A stretch of 63,891 nucleotides of DNA, filler included, from Platydemus manokwari (GCA_037951405.1; 6 parts of 6 records of this genome joined end to end with filler, not necessarily neighbours in it), one strand, 5' to 3'. Numbered from the whole stretch's first letter, positions 41,095 to 55,168 are shown. The notes: a model not told the origin generated them from the letters alone. Numbers and translations: made by a program.

Positions 41095-43215
41095 TTTATT
41101 TCACATAAACATAACAATCTTGGCAATGCGGTGGCACAAGTCCTCACATCATTTTTATAATATTTACATTTCCGAAGTCTTCGGATATTTCCTTGATAAG
41201 GTTTCAAAGTCAGGTTCCTTATGGTTCTTGTCGATTCTATTTCAAATCATTTCTACGTCCGGTGAGTTGTTTGAATGCCCTGTTCCATGTAGGGTGCTTG
41301 AGATTTCTCTTATCCGTGTGAGCCTTGTAGGTGGCGAAGGCGTCCTTAAGCAATGAGCTCATCAGGAATCCAGCGATGAATGTGATTTGGGCTTTGTCGA
41401 GGCCGATGTTTGAGAGAACTCCATTGTTCTTTAAGTCCCAAGTTGGTTTCAAAGCGAGTTTTGGCCCTGATATCGGAGATGATTGACCTGTATTTCTCAA
41501 AGTTTAGTAATTTGTGCTTTTCAAAATTGTCGGGGATGTCGAATGGAATTTTCAGATCCGCGATATAGGCATGACGTTTTGCTTTGTTCCTTATAATTAG
41601 GTCAGGTCTGAGTTTTGTGTTGATTTTAACTTTCATAAGGATCTCCGCGTTGTGTTGGTACAATTGGATGTCAATCCTAATAGTGTTTAGCTTCCTAATT
41701 GCAAATCGGGTTTTGGTCCACCATGTTGAGGATGAGCTGGGTTTATCAGTGTTTAACTTGTCCGAGATTCATAGAAGAGCGGTGTTGAGATCATAATATT
41801 CCGAGGTCCTGCTTTTGACTATATGATTTATGTGGTCGATGATGAAGATTCTGAATTGGTGGTCTGGACTGGTTAGGAATCTGAAAGCTCCGACTATAAT
41901 TTGGATACAGTATTCCATGAGTGAGGTGATAAGTTCAATTCCACAGAGTTTAGCCTGGGCATACATAAAGAGGTTGTTGCTAGAGTTCGACCCGTCCATC
42001 TTGAGAATGTTTCGGCCAATTTGACGTATTTCCTTGTCGAAAGATTGCTCGAGTTCGCTGTCTTTATTAGTGATCAAGGTCCTGGAATCAAGTTTTTTTG
42101 TTGCCACTTGCTGAATCCAGAAGTGGAAGGGAAGCCAAGAGTGCAGGAAGATGTTGTATGCTGCGAACATCTGTGATGGGTGAAGTCGTGATTCAGCAAT
42201 GGCTTCGAAGTCTGATATGATTGTTTGCAGAATGTTGTTGACTGGAGAACGCTTCGGGAGTCCAAACGGTACGCCAAGGTATCTGCATAGATTATCTGCG
42301 TCAATGATCGGTATTTGTTCCACCTTGATTTGAAGATCTATTCGGTTCCTCGGGTTTTTGGTAAAGTATCCACATTTATTGGGGTGAATGTGAGTTGAAT
42401 TTCGTTTGTTGCTTTGATAATCTGGTTGGGCCTGTGTTCCAAGTTACCTCCCGAGTTTGCTAAGATGACAATGTCATCAGCGTAGACCAGCGTGGAGAAT
42501 TAGCTGTTGTGGACTGTTAGCTGTTCTGGAATATCCGATGATGATCGTAGAATAAATTCATTTGAGAGGCAGAACAGTGTCATTGGCAAGGGGAATCCTT
42601 ATTTGACACCACGATAGATCGGTATTGGAGGTCTTTGTTCTGTTGTGATGCATATTTCTGCAGCGAGAAGAGGTAAGCGTTGTGTTCAGCGCATCCATCA
42701 AAAGCGAATATTGCTTTTTGATCTGGATCCATTTTAGAAATCTGAGGTTGAAGATCATGGTGAATATTCGATATGAAGTATCCGTATACGCGATTGATCT
42801 CCACGAGGTTATGAAATGAGAAAGACCCTGCTTGCCTGGTTTTATTAGCAAATTGGTATTACATTCCTTTCACTAGTTTGAGATGGTTTTTGTTTTTATT
42901 ATTCTGTTGAATAGAGATTGGAGGTATAGGTGCTAAGGGTCTAGCTGTCTCCAATCTTTGTACGTGATTCCGTCATTGAGAGTTGAGGATTTTGAAAGTT
43001 TCGCGAACGTATTTGCGATTTCAGCAAGCGATATCTCTGTGAGTTTCGAGTTATCCTCATGTTTCAGTATTGGTAGCCAGAAGTTGTTTGGAAGCAGTTT
43101 CGGTTTTGACTTCAAGTAGTGAGTTATGATGTCTTCGATGTTAGGAGTCGCTGTAGGATTGGTTGAGGGCATATTGTTTCAAAGAGATTTCTTTGGCTCA
43201 GTTTGGAATTGGGTT
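41095..43215 (-). mobile_element. 5'-truncated, internally deleted RLE-type (NeSL/R4-like) non-LTR retrotransposon
   Basis: RT motifs DGITYKDW, WRSIA, DGCAEH, GVK*GFPL, LVYADDIVILA (~42460-42492) and YLGVPFG; thumb region; endonuclease LRPDLIIR...IADLKIPFD...KY; 3' UTR with AATAAA (~41096-41101). Multiple frameshifts. Confidence 0.9.
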
Positions 43216-43344
43216 CATAATAAGTCTTTTAGCCAAAATTGCAAGTACTGCATTATGCTAAAAGATCGCATCATAAGATCGCATACAATGGTTGAGTACA
43301 TGGACCATCGATTTCACTGCAGTACCGCATCGACGGCAATTTAA

Positions 43345-43795
43345 ATCGTGTTATTTAGCCAGTCAAGAGCCCTATTAAATTCATCAACTTAAGGACAATT
43401 GAAACACTTAGGACGATCAATCTCTTTTGTATAAAAGAAGCAAAGACAGAGTCAGAGCTTTTCAACAACCGAAAACCTCCTATTATGCTGTAAATATAAT
43501 AGTCAATTTCTACTAGCATAAGGCCAAGACCACTCAACTTTCTCTAAGTATACAAAAATTTATAATTGGTTGACGAATAAAAGCTAACTCCTACCGCTTT
43601 AAGCTATCTAACCAAAGTTCCCTGTGTTTGCCACCCATTTGCCTATTGTGTGGTGAGGAAAGAGATAGAATACTGACCTCCATGTTTCGAAGATGAAACG
43701 GCAATCTAGCGTGTAGAAACACTCTAAAGGCTTTTAACTTTTGGCTCGGATGTAAGTCGGTGTTACAAATCACCTCGAAGTCGGAGATTACATTT
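43345..43795 (-). mobile_element. Fragment of a second RLE-type non-LTR family (post-RT thumb region)
   Basis: LHPSQKLKAFRVFLHARLPFHLR and GLGL...IQ/YSIIGGFRLL are homologous to the 41769-42323 translation. The nucleotide sequence is closer to 13660-14055. Confidence 0.8.
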
Positions 43796-44329
43796 GATGT
43801 TAAATAGACATTTCATGTGCAAATTTATCGACGATCTTCGATATTATTTTGATGTTGAATTCTATTGAATTTATTGATAGTTTTGATCATCATTATTTAT
43901 TTGATATTGATAATTATTTTTAGTTATTAATTTTATTATTATCTGTAGTTTTTAATTCTAACCATCTATCCTTTTCAAACAAATATTTGTCTTCAAACGT
44001 CTTTTCCACCAACTCACATTTCCAGTAACTCACATTCGTGGAGCACTGGGCATATATTTTTGTATTATTTCAGATTGTTTTAATCATGTATTGTCTATTG
44101 TAAATAAATTATTGCATAAAAATAGTTTTATCTTTATTATACACAAGACAAGACATTGAAGCTTACAATGTAATTAAACCGTTAAATTTTAATTTAAAGA
44201 TCAAAGACAAGTTTTATTCAATCTCATCGTAATAACGATAGTAACACTAATAGGCTAAGGTATAGACTACTCTGAACATTGTTTTATCAAACTAATTTAA
44301 TCTAAAAGTTGACCTACATATTATGAATA

Positions 44330-44429
44330 NNNNNNNNNNNNNNNNNNNNNNNNNNNNNNNNNNNNNNNNNNNNTTAATTAATTAANNNNNNNNNNNNNNN
44401 NNNNNNNNNNNNNNNNNNNNNNNNNNNNN
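44330..44429. other. Artificial contig spacer
   Basis: 44N-TTAATTAATTAA-44N. Confidence 0.97.
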
Positions 44430-47400
44430 ATCTTAAATCTGATTTGGCTTGGAATCATTTCAAATAAAGCTTCGAAATAACTACATTAATCAATCTAAAT
44501 ATGATAAAATTAGAAAATCCTGTGACTACAAAAATCTTAAGTCTAACCAACTTCAAAAAGTAAAGCAAATTAATGACTTTCACAAGTGACTTTGGGCCAC
44601 ACCAAAATCACTTATTCTAGTAAATCTAGAACTCAACAGCAATACTTAGAGATGAAATTAATAAAAATTATGGTTATTTGTTTACAATATCTGTCATTTG
44701 GTTAAAATGTATGTCAAAATGCATGTGCACATATACACTTGAATTAATCGTATTGATTGCCCTTAACTATAAAAAAGTCAGTAAAACAATATTTGAATTT
44801 GTTATTGAAATAATCTTTGAGAATTCACTCATTAGCATTCAAAAAACAATTTAAAATTGACCAAATTTTGAACATTTTAATTGGATTCTATTATTTTGCA
44901 AAAATTAATTAAAAAAATATTAATTACAAAAACAAGTTACTGACAATTTAAGAGTAGATTGTAAAATTAAAAACATTGAAATTCAATATGGCCATTAGCC
45001 AATTTCTATCCAATAAAAATCACTTATTTAGTTTACTTTATTAAGCAAAATGTCGACGTTTTTCAATTTTGAAAATATAATCAATAGTGTATTTTCATCT
45101 GATTTTCAGAAATATGCATTCAGTGCTTCGGAATTTACAGTTCTACTAAGTTAGAATTTTTAATTTTATTGCTTTTTTTGAAAAATCTTTAAATATTCAT
45201 GTTTTATTGGAATTTTTATGAAATATTTAAGTTAACTATTTTGTTGATGTAATTAAAAGTTCGATTATTTAAGAAGTGCTTTCGAATTAACTGGGTAATT
45301 TAGATAAAATTCTGAGGACAATATTTAGATTCGTTGGAAATGTTATTTTTATTTAATAAAGTCTTTAAAGATATATCTTTATATAAATGGTAAGTTTAGC
45401 AAATAAATTAACTTTGTTCTTTATTATTTAATCTATTTTATTACACCATCATTTACAATATTTTGAGATGTTATGTAATATTCACATTTTAAAATTATTT
45501 TAAGTGGCTATCTTATACACCTGCTATTGATTGATTTACTTGTTAAATATTCTTAAATTGTATGTGATGATCATTTTGATTTGATCATCTATGATATATT
45601 GCAAATATCTTCATTTTTGTAAAGGTTGTGATTGATAAGTAAATATATGTGATATGTGGATAATTAAAATGTAAAGTACGGAAATGAACTTGAAGGAATG
45701 TGAATGTGAAGAATATGCTAATATAATATCGAGATTAAATTACATCAGATGATCAAGCCCAATATAAATGAGTAAATTGACCACGTGTTCGAATTCACGA
45801 AGAAGACAGTTATCAAAGGAAGGACTTCCATTGGGATCATCAGTGGATCAATCAGCAACTATCATAATCATTCCATAAATTATTACAGTGGTATTAGGGG
45901 GTGCGTAATATGTATTGGAACAACAAGAACTCTTAAAAGATAACTATTAGTTTTTAAAAACTATTTCATGTCTTTGTTCTGTTCTTTATTTATATAAAAT
46001 TTTATAACGCCTTTAATATAATCAATAAAAATATATAAATGATGAGAAGAAATTCTAATCAAAGAATCATTAGTGTTATAACTGGCTAGTTGATGCAGTT
46101 AATGTATGATGCATCTAATCGATAAACTTACGGTTGTTTTAAAAGAAGTTACTTGTTTTTTCAATGTTTAAGTTTATTAAGGCTTGGTAAGGTTATCACT
46201 CTTCTGATAATAATAGTTTAAATCGATTATTCAGAAGATTCTAGAATGAAATATAGTTAATATTAAAGTCAATTTTGTTGCTTTCGATGAAGATCGGTCC
46301 TAAGATGAAATTATTCCCCGTTAGTCTTTCTGAAAGAAATGTATTTTCTGGCTCGTCTTATTCATTATAACGTTAATTAGTTTACAAAAGTGATTTTTTA
46401 AGATTTTTACCTTTTATTTTATTATATCAAACTAAGTATTATATTTTTCACTAATTTTCAAGTATTCTCCAACTTAATACTTTAATTAATTTAATATAAA
46501 TTAATTAATATTGATTAATATTTTGTTAATCTAATATCAAAATCTACTACTACTAGTTTACAAGGACGCGTGTATATTTTTTGTTCTCTCTAAATTGTAG
46601 ATGTATGTACACACAGATATTTATTTGTAAATTTTTAGGGATAGTCTAGAACTGCTTTTCCATGCTCGCCTATACTCGTTATTATTATTATTTCATTACT
46701 TTATAATTATTTAACTGCCTTAATCATAAATTCCTGCTAACATTTTATTTGAAAATGTCTTCTTAACGATAGATTAAAGAACTTATGTAACAATTATAGA
46801 TAATTTTTCTGACATTTAATTTATTGTATAACATCAATTTTAGACATTCTCTACCAATGATAGTTTTATAAACAAGCACTTAAAATTATTGATTTTATAT
46901 AAGTTCGGGTCCTAAGTCAATATTTGCATTATAAATTCATTTTTAATAGAAATTATTTTGAATTAAACTCTCACTTATAAAGGTTCTTAATAATTTTTGA
47001 GTCTTTCATTGTAACGTTGTTCAATAACTTAAACGCGTGTCACTTAAATTGTGAAAGCACAATACAAAATTCACTTCATAGAAATAATCACAATGTATTG
47101 TCTTAACAGTAAATATTAATTTTTACCTTTCGCCGTGTTCATTAAGAAAATAAACGATGTATTTCATTAAAATCTAATTTTTAGAAGTGTTTTTGTCTTT
47201 GATTCTTTAACTCATTCAGAATATTTTGTAATTTTCTTTCAATTCTCATTCATTGGTTTTTGTTGCTTATTACATAACCTCATGAACAACATTTTCGAAG
47301 ATAAATCTATTTAATTTTGGAGGTATGAAATCTGTTCGGTTGTCTTGTTTAACCTACTATTAAATCATTCCCATCAATTGGTTTATATCTAGAATTAGTA

Positions 47401-48206
47401 CCCAATACTCATTTAATGTCATGAAACAATCAGACTTCATTTACATAAATTTTGGAAGTAATCGATATCATGGAAATTGAGTTCTCGTACATAAGAATCG
47501 AAAGCAAGTAACACGGCTAAAGTATTTGTACTTCGATTTTTTTGCGTTTAAAAATCATTGATGAGAAATAAATTTGAGATTAGAACTTTTCGCATAGCGG
47601 TCTATTAAAATCATCATCAGATAATTCGTCCGTCACAAAGTCAATATATTATTTAACTCCGATAAATTCCTTCTTTGGATTTGACGGATTTCTCAAAATA
47701 TTGTTTATCACAACCATTTGAACGTTGAATATATTCTCAGTTTTTGCAATGAACAGGAACAAAAATGCTCAACCAATTACGATACGTATTTGGAAAAGAA
47801 TTTATCATAATAAAATGTTAATCTTCTGTTCAAACTGCTCTCCTATGGGGCAATGTAAATGAATATTTTGGTGATCAAAATAATTTTAATTTTAAAAATG
47901 CATTCATTTTTATTCTCATTTCAGCCAGCAATATTATTTATTTTCTATGCTAATCTATTTCTTTTTTGTCAGGGGTATTTAAGCTAATTTTTTAAAGACC
48001 GATTTACGTCGATATGTATGATATGATCAATCCGAATGTATTTTTGTTTATTACATGACTTTTCCAAGCACATACAGGCTTATTCTTTCTTTAATAAACA
48101 TTTTGGTCACTTTTTTTAATATGAATATTGGAATATTGTTAATAATATAGTAGTTGATAATATCTTTCATTATACAAAGAATAATATTAAATTGCGATTT
48201 TTTCAG

Positions 48207-48802
48207 ATTCTCTATTTCAAATTTATAGTTCTAATCCGTATCTTGCAAATGCCTATAATAGAAAGAAGACATTTAACCAATGGAATAAGGATGAAACTTT
48301 GATTGAAGTGGCAAATCAAAATGGATTCTATTATACTGGTATTGAAGATGAAACAATTTGTGTCGGATGCGGATTAGGATTGAAAGCGTGGGCACGAGAT
48401 GACTGTCCGATGGCATTACATGCGGTACATTCCCCATTTTGCTCATTTGTCATGGGAATAGAAGTACTCGATCTCCATAAAGATCGATTAAACATCTTGA
48501 AGAACAGTCGGTCGGCAAACACACAAATTGAAACAATTTCATCATCATTCAAATCGATCATCGAATTCCTAAATCAACCAAAAGATGCAATTAACAATGC
48601 CAGAGGTATTGGGCACAGTGATTGCATTATTTCATTGGCTGCTTATAGATATTTAAGCGATTATAATACATTACCATGTGATACCATTTCGTTGCTACGA
48701 AGCATCATGCGTATCGATGATGAACTGGAAATCAATAACATGTCTGAGAGCGATTTACCACCATTCGTGGATTTCTTGAAATTATGGAAAGAAGAATTTT
48801 AG
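48207..48802 (+). CDS. Terminal coding exon of an IAP-like protein: one BIR domain plus a UBA-like region, no RING
   Basis: The frame extends upstream of the listed ORF to a TTTTTCAG acceptor at 48206, with an in-frame stop at 48188. RKKTFNQW...GFYYTG and exact C-x2-C-x16-H-x6-C zinc-ligand spacing define the BIR domain. Confidence 0.85.
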
Positions 48803-49786
48803 ACCGGTCTATGTTAAACCTAGTAGATTGAACATTGGAATCTTAATAGATATTTTCAATTTTGTCTTATAAAATTGGATTATAGAGCTTTATTTTTTTT
48901 CACTTTTGGAAATGATTTTATAAAAGACAATGCGAAATATAATAGTATATTTAAATAAAATATAAATACATCGATATATTGATGTATTAATTAATTTCAG
49001 TATTAATGGAATTCAGACTCCATAATATAAAACATATTTCTCACAAATTATCTCACCTTTAGGCGATTAATAATAAACATCACATAAGTACTGATATAAA
49101 CAAATGACATATTTATTAAAGAGCAATATTGATAGTAATAAAAATTAACAAATGTCGAATGCAGTTATACTAGTGCAGGTGTAATGTATTGATGTATTCT
49201 AAACAGCCAGTGATGTGAACTATTGACTCTCAACTATCGTAAAAAAATTTCGAGGAATTTTATTATGACAAAGCAATTATTTGATGTGAACTTCGTCTCA
49301 ATATTTGCACCCTAATTAATACCCCAATTGGTATTATCATATTAACATTGAAATTAAATTTACTCATAATGCAGTCATGTTAGATCTTGTGATTGAATCT
49401 GAATGATTAGTTCTCGATTACCTCCGTGTCAGTTGATTTCTTTGAAAAGAGTTGTATTATGCTTCCAATTTTTGTGTTACTGCCCTGTGCTTTGAGTTCC
49501 GTGCGATTTTGTGTTTTTCCTATGGTATTTATACTTTTAAATTTCCATTGGCTATTTTCAAAGTTTTTTCTTTTTTATTAGATTAGATTTTTGCGATATT
49601 TATTTAATTACCTGGAAAACTGACATAGTTGCCATTGTAACCCGTTCGTGCTCATTATTTATTTATTACTCATAAATTCAATTAGATTTATTAAATTAAC
49701 TAAACATCTATTTGAAAGTTATTCATCATACATAACTTTATTTGAAAATTATTTCAATTTTAATAAATATGTTGATTTAAGACGAA

Positions 49787-50380
49787 TGTCACACAAATAT
49801 ATCATTTTGGCACCCTGGAACCCTTGTTTTGGCAATTTAGACATGTTAACACCTACACAACTATATTAGCACAACTAATTAGAGATTACATAAACGGAAA
49901 AGTCCGATTCAGTAAAATGACATAATTACATAACAATACACACGTGTTGATTGACCAATCCCAATCATAGAAAATTGATAAACTCAATTGGAATTTTCAG
50001 AAATTATAATATAATACAAAAAATACATGAAAGCTTCAAGTATAGATATTGATACAATGATGGTCTATTTCCAGTCACAAGTGGATTGGTGTTGAATTTG
50101 CTGTTTAATTTGAATTGCCAGTTGAAGCCGATAAAAAGGAAGTCGTTTATGTTTGTGTTTATTTAAACAGACTGCTGAGTAGCACCATGTTTTCTTACTT
50201 ATACAAATTGCAACCATCATCTATTTAATGAACCCACCAGATAAGTAACGGGCATATACTTTTTTATTATTCCACAGTTATTTATTTTTACGTTATATTT
50301 TCGAATTTAGTGTTTTTAATATGATTATTATTGATTTTTCATTTCTCCTTTGTTTCTATAATCCATCCAACATTATCACA
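49787..50380 (+). repeat. LTR-like element (putative solo LTR)
   Basis: TGTCAC...ATCACA termini and an ACACACGTG...ACCAATC block shared with ~28942-28963. No TSD. Confidence 0.25.
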
Positions 50381-53300
50381 AAATAAAAATATCAACAAAA
50401 ATGAGAAACCTAATCAAATTATTATGTATTACAATAATTAGTAATAATAATTTTCACACGAACTTGTACAGAATCTTCGATATGTAAAGATGTCATGTCA
50501 ATATTTGTTAACTAGTCATTCGTTATAAATAGTTTATTGTAAATATTTCCAATAAAATGCTACATTTCATAAGTTTGTACTTCACATCAAAGTACGGATT
50601 GATATGCCTATGATTTATTTTTGTACGATTTATATGGAAACGAATCCGATAGTTTTTATTTGATCTTCGTCAGTGAAATAAAATATCGATTTAATTAATT
50701 TACGAAAACTTTTTAAAGTTATTTTATTTGAAAATTATAAATTCCAGATTTTTCAGTACTTGCAACAGTTTCAGACATCAGAGTGCGATTCAAAATATAA
50801 AATTTTGGAGAAAATATCAAGTAAAATTAGATTTTTTTTGACAAAGATAATAATCAAAACCATTTATTAAATTCTTCAAAATAACATTTCCATAGTTACT
50901 TGTTGTTTTGAAAATAGAATAACATTTATTGTTCTATTTTTTTTAATAAAACATATTACCAACGAACCCAATAAATAAACTTTAATCAAAAATATAAAAA
51001 TAATTGAGTAAATAGAATGACGATATCAGAAATAGACAAGAATTTGCGATTTATCGAAATTGATTTGAGGTAGATTTTGATATTTACCAGACAGGAAATG
51101 AATCAGCTCATGAGTCAACGCAGAAAAGTTCTCAGAATCGCAGACTGACTGACTCAGATTATTGACAAATAGGATCGCAAGTTTGAGGAAAATATCCAAA
51201 TAAATTGCATTTAGAAAGCGTGCATTAGATGAATTTATAATTGTAAATCTGATTTGAAAACATTATCCAGAACGAAATTAATTTTGATTGTAATATATGT
51301 AGATAGATTGCTGAGTAATACGTATTTCTATTCGGGTTTTCCTTTATTTGATAATATATCAATTTTAATAAATTCCTTTTATATTTAAATGACATTTGAT
51401 TCTTTTGTTTTATCTCTTGATTACTTATTAGGTCCATACAAACTGAAAATTATTATTTGAATATATTCATATTCCATTCGCTATAATATCAATGTTTATA
51501 AATTCAAGATAGCTTTCATTATCAGATTTCAAGCATTAAAAAAAATTCCAAATTAGATAATCTGAGCTCTCAAAAATGAGACTTGTTGAAATGTACTGAT
51601 GTAATTTTTAAAGAATAAATATGTGCAACAAATAACATCTCGATAACTAAATTTCTATATGATTACATATCAGTACATTATTATCAATGTCAAATTATTT
51701 ATACGGATATGGAATTAGAATATAAATATCAGGATACTGATCTAATAACTGAATAATAGTACGAGAACATTTTTAATCATCGTTAATATTAAAATTCATA
51801 TATAAATCAATTTAATCTTTCTATCTACTTTTAAATTGAATTACACGATAACACAAAATTGAACCGTTAATAGTATGAAAATATTGCTCATCTGGAAAAG
51901 ATGGTAGAAATTTGAACTTGTTATTTAATTCCTTATACCACAACCTTTCCTACAAAATTTCATAAAATCACAAATTCGTTGATCGAAGCCACCGCATAGG
52001 GTACGGGACCACCTAGAATTTCAAATTATTTCAGGATAATACCTCCGTATTGTATTTTTCACAAAATTTTAGCATGCGTATATTTTCATAAAGAACAAAT
52101 AAATTACGGACTAGTCGTGATCTTGTTTGTTGAGAGTCCATTTTAAAAATCTGATAAGATAATGGAAAATATCAAGAACAACCACAATGTAGATTCATAG
52201 AAAACAAAGTTTTGATAAAAGCAAATTTTCGATGGTGACAAGAATGAACAAATTTTAGCCTTAAGCTTTATCATGAATTGGCAATTTGTTACAACGGTAA
52301 AAATAGAATATTAAACATTAATTAATATGCCGATCTCAGTTTAGATTTTTCGGATATTTTGTGAATGAGTTTTATGAGTTTTAGTTCAACAATTTTATGA
52401 AATCAAGAATATCAATTGAATTTTCTAATTAAATCTGCAATTTGATTCCTGATTCATTACCAATATTATTCAGAATATTTACAAGATTTCTGTAAGAATA
52501 AATTGATTATTAACTGTAAGCCACAAGTCCACGATTTATGATTTACTATCAGTTGTACAGACCATAATAAATGTTTTGTTTTAATAAATTAACATAATAA
52601 ATCGTCATCTTTTTGTGCAAAATATCGATGTTAGAGTTATTAGATTATTTGCTCGTTAATTGATGTGAGTTCATACAAGCGTTTTGTCGAGATTTATTTT
52701 TTATAAAACAAGGATTTGTTCTCTATTAACCTTATTAATTGAACATCATTCAGCTACTTAAATATAATTAGTATAATAATGAATATTGTGATTTAACTAA
52801 ATCTAAGCAACTTTTATTTAAATTAATTTATTAAATTAGATGATTGTACAATTAGAATTGAATGACATTAATTTCTATCACCAATAATATAATCAGTGTT
52901 TGATGAAACGCAAATTCTAATACTTATAAAAATATTGCTTCAAAGTTTAAAGTACAATTTCAGTTGGTCTTATGAATACAATCCTTTTCAATTTCATAAA
53001 GCTGATTTTTTAAATTTAAAACTAGATTAAGAAAAATCCACTACAGACAATCCCTAAAATCTGATATTCAATATTCGAAATTTGAAATAACTTGAACATA
53101 CATACATAACTGATATTGTTTTCATACGCTTTTATATTTAAATATTATGTTGGCTTTTCTTTATTATTACATAAATCAATTTTTATTTTGAAGGCATAAA
53201 AACTTTTTTTATTAACATGATGCAATACTTAGATATATATAAAATAATGACTTGGATAACAATGTTAGTCAGTTGGATGGAGTGTAAAAAATCAGTGAAT

Positions 53301-54448
53301 GTTATTTCCTAATGATTACACGAATTCGTATATATCACGTTGCAATTTGTTTTGAAATTTGTACGACATAATGTAGCAGTATATTGAATCCATGGTGTAA
53401 ATTCTACGGACTTATCAACCAAGTATATCAAGATGCTTCAAATACTGATCAATATGGTTTTTCTATTTGTTTTATTCGTCAAACTCATTCAGTTACTTAA
53501 TATTTGACTTTTGAAAACAAACAATATAAATTTCGATAAATAATAAATATTAACACTAAATTTAACTTATCGAATTTATTAATAAATCCTACAAATATTC
53601 TGATTTAATTAGACATTTTTCTCCCCGAATCCTCAATATTTATGCCCAATTTATTTCTCCATTTTTGAGTTTTCTTTGAAACAAACAAAACATATGCTAT
53701 TGAAGCTTTAAGCATTTATAATTGGTGACCAATAAATAAAATATTATTTACAGATATTTTGGAATAATCATAATAATATTAAAGTAAATTGAAAATTTCA
53801 GCTATTAGTAAACAATATCAAAATTAGAAAACTATAAATAATTTAATTTTAAACTGTATTTGTATAACAGTAAATTCTAATTTAATCATTACATACCAAA
53901 TAATATTGTATAAAATATTGCATCAAATTTATACGAAATGAACAACAAACAATATGCCAAACTAGATTTATAAATACCTAAAACTATTCCAAATTTTATA
54001 AATCTATTCAAATAATAATCAACATCATCGAGTTAAATTAATCCAATAAAATAATTTATTAATTCTTCGATTTAACGAAAAATCTTGGCAAGCTGTTTAC
54101 TAATTAGAATAGAGAGTAAATAAAATTACATAAAGCAAACAATTATATAATTAAATTGTTGTTAAATAAAGTGAAATTAATTTCCAATATAAAATCAATT
54201 ATGAATTTAAAATTTTCGATTTTGTATCATTTATGCAAGTAATTAAATTAATAAAATAAAACGAACAAAATATATTTATGAAAACGCATGTATACTTTTT
54301 TTAAAGATATTCTGAAAAAGATACCGATCATATAAACAATTTGAAACATTTATTCAAATTTTTTTCTTCTGAAAAGTATCCGTATAAAATGCAACGCTGT
54401 TTGATTTTATTGTTTTTTTCTGATTAGAAATGAGCATAATTAATCTGA

Positions 54449-55168
54449 TTATTGCGGTAATTGTAATGGTGTATTATTTATGGAATATTGGACAGGAATC
54501 GGGGATAGATTAAACATCTGATTCGAATTGGTAATGGGATTGTTATTGATTATCGGACAAATAATAATGGTTGACGGTGCTCTCCACAAATAACCAGGCA
54601 TTCCTGGAACTGAAGAATAAGCATATGGAATAACTGACTGACGTTGGTTTAATTTGTTCTGTGATAAGCTCAATTGTGCTAATTTATCCTGCACATCTGA
54701 CGGATTGTGTTCACTTTTTATCACCTCATTTGTTTCAAATGCTTGTTTTTGAGCTATGAAATCAGCCCACTCTTCAAGAGTTGCTGACCAATTATTGAAT
54801 TTTCTTGGAATATATTCAATAATTATCCTCTCTGGATTTGCCATATCAATGTTGTGTTCTAAACCATAAAACGCACATAGTCTATGCATCATCATTCGGC
54901 TAATTTTATCGGAACTGTTCCAAGTTATCCTTGAATCCACTCCACATAAAATCCACTGAGTTAAATATGGCTTTAAATATGTATAATTTTGAAGCAAATA
55001 ATTGTAGTTTTTATTGCCCGGTAGAGATAAAGTATCCTCGATAAACTTGAAAACACAATTTCTTTTAAAATCAGTTGGTTTCATTCCATTTTCATATTGG
55101 AGATACATATTCAGTACGTTATGACATTTATTCTGTTTAATGAAGTACTGATAAATATAGCTATTCAT
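54449..55168 (-). CDS. R3H-domain protein (R3HDM/ARPP21/encore-like motif), single exon, 239 aa
   Basis: ATG-to-stop ORF of 720 nt in very AT-rich DNA. RMMMHRLCAFYGLEHNID resembles the R3HDM consensus RMLLHRVAAYFGLDHNVD. P/Q/N-rich C-terminus; AATAAA about 40 nt after the stop. Confidence 0.8.
   Translation of the reverse strand: MNSYIYQYFIKQNKCHNVLNMYLQYENGMKPTDFKRNCVFKFIEDTLSLPGNKNYNYLLQNYTYLKPYLTQWILCGVDSRITWNSSDKISRMMMHRLCAFYGLEHNIDMANPERIIIEYIPRKFNNWSATLEEWADFIAQKQAFETNEVIKSEHNPSDVQDKLAQLSLSQNKLNQRQSVIPYAYSSVPGMPGYLWRAPSTIIICPIINNNPITNSNQMFNLSPIPVQYSINNTPLQLPQ

Noticed and set aside
48331-48561. 76-aa minus-strand ORF
   Set aside because: Antisense shadow of the BIR exon.
48299-48802. 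Viral (baculovirus-type) IAP or endogenous virus
   Set aside because: The exon needs a spliceosomal acceptor to include the RxxTF motif, and no viral genes are nearby.
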